A program made the position numbers and the translations under genes. From NCBI GenBank assembly GCA_001643675.2, contig LSRY02000038.1, positions 186,001-250,000 on the forward strand: a stretch of 64,000 bases of DNA, written 5' to 3'. Shown here piece by piece: positions 57,500 through 64,000 of this stretch (the stretch's first letter is position 1; every line of letters begins with the position of its first letter). The DNA comes from Monocercomonoides exilis PA203 (lineage: Eukaryota; Protista; Preaxostyla). Under the pieces are notes generated by a model. The model had not been told where the DNA came from, searched no databases, and saw only the letters and a program-made list of their open reading frames with translations.

Positions 57500-58400
57500 C
57501 AACAATCTCAGGATTTCAATAACTTTCACTTCGGAATTGATTCGTGTTAATTGAATTGTTTCGTTTGGCCACATTGAAGTGTTGGTGGAAGAAGTGAAAA
57601 ATGGAAATGATTTCTCTGATGGAAATAGAGGCAGGGTGGAAAATGGAGCAGATGTTTCTTTTTTTCATTTCTAAGGAAATTCTTTTGATTCTTATTTCAA
57701 TCAACAACATTCACAGATGTTGATCATTCCCGCTCCGTTGTTCAGCCACTGTCAAATTATTTGTTGTTTCTCGAATTCTGTCCTCTTCTTTCCTCTTTTC
57801 TGTAAGTTAAAGAGAAGTTTCATTTTTGTTGGTCAATTCACACATCCTTTGAAAGTCGATGATATTGAATGGGATTTTCAGCAAAGGATTGAAAGGACGT
57901 GGTGGAAGTTGTGATGCAAAAAGATCAAAGGGTTCTTCAATCAGAAGAAGATGAAGAGGAATGATTGTTCAAATAATTTGGGCTGATAAACAAAAATGGA
58001 AAGATGTCTATGTGATTTTCATGAAGATGTTATTATTTCTATATCGGAGCGAGCGATGCCCTTTGGACAAGATTCTTCCCTTCCGGCAATTTTGAGGTGA
58101 TTGAGCAGAAGAGCCAACAGGACTTTTGAGTTGATAATATTTGAAGAAGTGAAGAATTTCATCAAATAAGAATTGAATTCATCTTTTCTTGAATGTGCGT
58201 GAATTTTCATTGCGCTTGTTGGAATATTCCTTCCAGAAGGGATTTGCATCTGCTCTTTGTTCATGCGAACTTTTTTAAAGACAATCAGGAATTTGAAGAG
58301 AAACATTAGGGATGAAGGCAACAACTGGTTGTGATTGATAAAACTGATAGTGGATGATTTCTCTTCTGTGTGTTGAAAAATATTTGGATGAACTTGTGAA
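57500..58400 (-). pseudogene. Decayed fragment, possibly of a beta-helix surface-protein gene
   Basis: Short coding-like pieces (GREESCPKGI, WLNNGAGMINIC, ICSIFHPASISI) broken by stops. Family resemblance is weak. Confidence 0.3.
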
Positions 58401-59053
58401 TTCAGAGAAATGATAGAAAAAGATATATTTCTGTTGTTTGAAGATTGAGGAAAAATGAAAGGAAAGAAGAGATAATAAGGCGAGGATAAAACAGAAGAAG
58501 AAGAAGAAGAAGAAGAAGAAGAAGAAGAAGAAGAAGAAGAGAAAGAAGAAGAGAAAGAAGAAGAGGAGGAGGAAGAAGAAGAAGACGATGATGATGATGA
58601 TGATGATGAATATGATGATGAGGATGTTTTTGTTTTTTTCGTCTTTTCTTCCTTGTTCATTCACAGATAAAAATTTTCTCTCAAAAATCCATTGTCAATG
58701 CTTTGTGCCACTATCTTGAGCAACCACATTAATCCATATTATAAACTCTTCAGAAAATGTTCATTCACAAACCCCTCATTCCGTGTGCATACGGTTTCAC
58801 AAACAACAATTTTCATGATCAAAGACTCCATAACAACAAAACAAAAAAGATCTAACATCAAATTTTCTTTATTGTCACTTACAAAAAATGCAAATGCAAA
58901 GAAGGACGGTGCGATGGCAGATATTTTTATTTCTATTTATTTATTTTTATTATATGTTTAATTTATGATTTCTTCTGTCAAAACATGTGCGCATTTAATG
59001 AAAATCATAAATTTTCATTGTTTTCGGGGTGCCTTTTTTGTTTGTTTGTTTGA

Positions 59054-60492
59054 ATAAAACGCAAGGAGAAGACTGTTACCGAAAACTACGCTGGTATTCA
59101 ATTATCATGATATTTGAATTCATAATGATTGGATTTCTTTCTTTTATTTTTTTAAGAATTGTTAATTGAGCTTAAGCATTGCACAGAAGAAGAGCAAAAA
59201 CTGAAAATCGACGAAATGAATAAATTGATGGAAGAAATGAGTAGAGATGAATTTTGTTCTGTTATTACAGACAAATTGTTGGATAAAATTGATAAAATGA
59301 TTGAAAAAAAGAAAATGACATTGGATGATTCACTTGAGTTGTTGAAGCATATTGGATATTGGAAAGTACTGAAAAGAATTTTGATTGCTGACTTTAATAA
59401 ATCTTCACTGAACAAGAGATTCAAGAAGATGATTATTGATGAATATGCAGAAAAAGAAGAAAAGAGCGAAAAGCTTCTGACTGATCTTTGTGAATGCTAT
59501 CTGACGCTTGGTGATGACCTCTCTTCTGAATTACTTTCAATTTGCGTGCCTTGCCTTCTGAAGGTCGCGCTGAACATAGAGGAAAACGAAAAAGCACAAA
59601 AAGAAGTGGAAATAGCTTTGCTGGCTTTGAGCAACATATCCAAATTTTATGTATGAACATTTCTATTTCATTTTTGACATCTTTGCTTTTAATCATTTTT
59701 TCTCTCATTTTTTTAAATAAGGAAATCAAAAAAGAACTGTATTTGAATGAAATCAGAGAGATCCTCAAATATCATCAAGAGCATCGTAATCTGACGCAAA
59801 TTGCCTATCATTCCGCTTGGCAGTTTTTGATTTGCAGATTGTTCTATGATAGAAGCTTGGAAGATATTATTTTGAATGAACTTCATTTAGTGAGGGAAGC
59901 AACAAGAGAGTTAGAAGAATTATCTAAATATATCGACTGGAAGAGAGAAGAAGAAGAAGGAAGGAAGGAAGAAACAGAAGCGAAAGAAATGATAATTGTC
60001 AGGAAATGGCTGTTTGCAATTCAAGATTGCTTTTCATTCTGCAAGATGTGGAATGAAGAATTTATTGGTCTTTTCAGCTGCATTACTTGGGTGTTTAGAA
60101 CAGCAAAGGAAAATTACAAAGAAATAAGCAAGAAATGCATTTATTTATTTGTAGTTGTATTGAGAAAAGAAGCCGTGAAAGCTGAAGACTTATTGAATTG
60201 CGGTATTGTTGATGCCGTTCTGGAGGAGATTCATCAGCCAATTTTAAATGATGATATTGCATGTTATTGCTTGAAATTTTTCATTACTATTGCAAGGCGA
60301 TTGAATGGGCAGGATGAAGGCAAAATGGAAGAAGAGGAAAGAAAGATAATGAAAAGGAAAATGTTTGAAAAGATGGAGGAAGAAGGATATGAAGATTCCA
60401 TCGCAAGCTTTCATGAAATATTTTATTCTCTTAGCAGAAAATATTATTTTCAATTTATGTTGAATATTTCTGATTATTTTGTGAATACTTGA
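59054..60492 (+). CDS. Helical protein family copy; exons 2-3 open, no ATG found in exon 1
   Basis: Introns 59094-59156 and 59651-59721 at the same positions as in the paralogs; same motifs; stop TGA. Exon 1 reads ATA AAA CGC AAG... after a TGA, so the start may be mutated or lie elsewhere. Confidence 0.7.
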
Positions 60493-60973
60493 GAAAATGA
60501 AATTCTGATATCATTTTGTTTCTTTGAATTTTTCTTTTTCTTTTTTCGTCATTTCACAAAATAGGAAGCAAATTGTTTAAAATGTTTATTTTTAAAGTGT
60601 TATTTTTTTTTTCCGCATCTCTTCGAAATACAACAAACTTCGTGAATATAATCACAAAAACTGCTTAAATGGAATTTTTCTTCAGTCAATTTCTTCCTCA
60701 TTGTATAGATTCTATTTTCCGCAAACAAAGTTTGCCCTTATTCATTCCATTCAAAAGCTCTCAGAAAATATCTTCAACTGCTCCTTCACTCATTTTTTTA
60801 TTCAAGTCTTTTCTGTTGCTTTCACATTGATAAATATCTGTCTTCGAATAGTTTGGTAAATCAACCATGAGATCATTATCAAAAACTCATTTTTTCATAA
60901 CATCCTTCTTTTTTATCATCATTCAGAAAAAGGAATTTTTCTAAAACCCTGACTAATTATTAAAATACATATA

Positions 60974-62451
60974 TCTCGACGAGAATCATAATTTTATTTA
61001 TAATAATTTTCACTGTTACGCATCGATATGCAACACATCAAGAAATGGAGCAAAATATTTCACTTGATGCATTTTCATTGAAAATTTGAACACTTTTCAC
61101 TGATATTTTGAGATCAAAAAACTCAAAAAAAAAATGGGTCATTTTTTTGACATTCGTGAAATATTGGAAAACTTTATGTTTTGATTTCTACGATGCCTGT
61201 TTACGCATATGAAAATTAAATCTATTCTGAAATCTGAGAAAGCGAAACAAAGTTATGAGTGAAGCAATTTTTCAATGCCTTGAGCAAAAAAAGCTTGAAA
61301 GTCCGTATTTTCCCCCACATATTTTTAACAAATGTGTTGTATTTATGAAGAAATAAATAATTTTTATTCTTGAAAACTGACTTTTGATGAATTTTTCTAT
61401 TTTAATAACACGATTCAATTCATCTTTTACTCACACAACTTATTTTCCCCATGATATAAACAATTTTTGTTATTTTTTATTTTCGGCAATTTGCTCGTTT
61501 GGACTGAATGGAAATTTGTCATTTTTGAAAAATCATTGTCAATGGGACAACTTAAAAATTATTTTTCATAAAATGAAAAAGCATCTAAGTGAATTTAACA
61601 CATGCATTAATTAATATAATAGTTATATAAATTTGCCACAATGTTATGATAAAGAATGGTGCAGTGAATATTCAAAAAAAAACATTATTATTCTAATTTT
61701 AAAAAAAATGAATTCAAAAATCATCAATAGAAAAAACAAATTGCATTTACATAATCTTCACTGCACCATTCTTTATCATAACATTGTGGCAAATTTATAT
61801 AACTATTATATTAATTAATGCATGTGTTAAATTCACTTAGATGCTTTTTCATTTTATGAAAAATAATTTTTAAGTCGTCCCATTGACAATGATTTTTCAA
61901 AAATGACAAATTTCCATTCAGTCCAAACGAGCAAATTGCCGAAAATAAAAAATAACAAAAATTGTTTATATCATGGGGAAAATAAGTTGTGTGAGTAAAA
62001 GATGAATTGAATCGTGTTATTAAAATAGAAAAATTCATCAAAAGTCAGTTTTCAAGAATAAAAATTATTTATTTCTTCATAAATACAACACATTTGTTAA
62101 AAATATGTGGGGGAAAATACGGACTTTCAAGCTTTTTTTGCTCAAGGCATTGAAAAATTGCTTCACTCATAACTTTGTTTCGCTTTCTCAGATTTCAGAA
62201 TAGATTTAATTTTCATATGCGTAAACAGGCATCGTAGAAATCAAAACATAAAGTTTTCCAATATTTCACGAATGTCAAAAAAATGACCCATTTTTTTTTT
62301 GAGTTTTTTGATCTCAAAATATCAGTGAAAAGTGTTCAAATTTTCAATGAAAATGCATCAAGTGAAATATTTTGCTCCATTTCTTGATGTGTTGCATATC
62401 GATGCGTAACAGTGAAAATTATTATAAATAAAATTATGATTCTTGTCGAGA
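60974..62451. repeat. Long near-perfect inverted repeat (arms ~695 bp, spacer ~88 bp); foldback-like
   Basis: Arms 60974-61668 and 61757-62451; paired coordinates sum to 123425 at both ends and at the mirrored ORFs (61384/62041), so there is no net indel. Two substitutions were noticed (60981 and ~61549). Confidence 0.97.
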
Positions 62452-63379
62452 AATATATAGGTGATTATTTTTGAAATAATATATTTTTTCGGGGTGTGAA
62501 TAATTTTCTTATTCACAGTTGTTTTTAAAAAAAAAATTCAAAAAAGCGTTTTATTCTTTCAAGTTGTTGTCATTCAAATGCATATTGTCATAGTAAGACA
62601 GTGAAATTCATATATGATTTTAGAAAAAATATTTGGTTGATTTCTTCATATTTGCGACAAATTGATAATTCGAAAATTTTGATAGAAAAAATATGAAATA
62701 AAAAAAAATTTCCCATATGTATTCTAACAATAGGGTTATATTTTTTATTGGTTCCCCGTTTTTTATAAGATCCTAAATTTTTTTTCTTATATTGCTTCAA
62801 ATAAAAGCTTTCATTTGATAAGAATAGTTTTAAAACAAAAAACATTTTATAATAAGGTTGTATGCTAAATATTTTGGAAAATTATTTCTTTAAAAGAAAG
62901 ATCTAAATTTTTAAAGTTTTTTTTTTTTTGATCAATGTTTTGCTCATGTTTCCACGAGTTTTTGAAACCGAGTGTTTTCCTTGTTTGTATTGTTTTTATA
63001 CATTTCTTTTTAACATTTTTGGTTATTTTTTAACTTGAGAAATCCTTTTTTTTTCAACAGTTTTAACATCTCACCTTTTTTTTTCAAACGATAATATCAA
63101 CAAAAGAAATAATAATTTGCAAAATTGATAATGTTCGAATTTTATTATATTTTGCGTAATACCATAAGTGCTTAACCCTCACTCACAAATTGAATTAAAA
63201 GTTCATATTTTGTTTGATGGTCACTATTCATTTCTGATCGTTGAGCTTTAAAAAAAATGGGACAAGAACATCATTAAATGGATAAGTTTTATTGTTTGGT
63301 ATTTGAGAAAAAAAGGTTTCGAAGTTCATTTTTTAAACTTTTTCAACTACATCAATTTCCTGCATAACAAGAATAATAA

Positions 63380-64000
63380 TTTTAAAGAAAGTTCCTTTCT
63401 CGTTCTTCTTTATCAATTATCACTTTCAGCAGTTGCAAACTTTTCCGTGAGAAAAAAACAAACAAACTACGATGACAACGAAGTTTCAAACTTTTCGCGA
63501 AATTCATTTTCTTTTTTGCTGAAAGATGGTGAGACTGCTGTTTGAATTGCATTTTCCTTTTCCAATTTTCTTCTTTCATCAATGTGGCTTTCTCCACTTG
63601 TATCATTGTTGATAATTTTTCAGATTATCTTTTTCTTTTTCTGTTTAATTTCTCTTTTATCTTCATCTGAAGAAGAGCTTAACAAAAGAATGAAGAATTC
63701 TTTTCGAGAATGCCTTGTTTTCAAAGTTGAAGAAGTCGAAGAAACATTTGATTTATCAATTTCTTTTAATTTCGATCGAAGAAATGCAAGATGCTTTTCA
63801 GCATCTTCAAGTTGTTTTTTCAAATCAAGGCTGTCCAAATCTTCAATAATAGTTGTTGAATGCAATTTGTGATCATCTTTCATATCGAGTTGGTTTTCTC
63901 CGTCTGGTGAAGTTGATTTTTCTGTGTTTGTTTTTTCTGTAGAGTTATAAACTGATGTATTCTATGAAACTGGGATTCTTTGCATTTTTATTGAAGAATA
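63380..64000 (-). pseudogene. 3' remnant of an unidentified gene running in from the right edge
   Basis: Coding-like charged/coiled-coil sequence (DLKKQLEDAEKHLAFLRSKLKE) with an in-frame TAG near 63963, a TGA at 63620 and a frame change. Confidence 0.35.

Noticed and set aside
61384-62041. Pair of near-identical 76-aa ORFs
   Set aside because: A by-product of the inverted repeat; AT-rich and without protein-like features.
60974-62451. Polinton/Maverick or CRISPR interpretation of the palindrome
   Set aside because: No AG-repeat termini, clear 6-bp TSD or internal genes, and no repeat-spacer periodicity.

Overview
AT-rich eukaryotic genomic DNA with short GT-AG introns and the standard genetic code. 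The gene families strongly resemble those of the oxymonad Monocercomonoides exilis (inference from recognised families; no search was run). Contents in order: 3' end of a type-I membrane surface protein; a degenerate, intron-containing pogo-type (DD35D) DNA transposon with TIRs and TA flanks, carrying a strand-specific RNA-like fold in its 5' leader; a large low-complexity protein with a DZIP1-like N-terminus; a 9-exon gene ending in a SPRY/B30.2-like domain; a 2737-aa beta-helix surface receptor with a C-lobe-only pseudokinase; a second surface protein; four copies (one intact-looking, three damaged) of a 3-exon helical protein family; a decayed TmcB-like fragment; an NTF2 plus split-RRM (G3BP-like) gene interrupted by one frame change and one in-frame TGA; an atypical signal-peptide-bearing Grp170/Hsp110-like Hsp70; and a ~1.48-kb near-perfect palindrome. 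Most short ORFs in the track are shadows of low-complexity repeats. No rRNA, tRNA or CRISPR was recognised.
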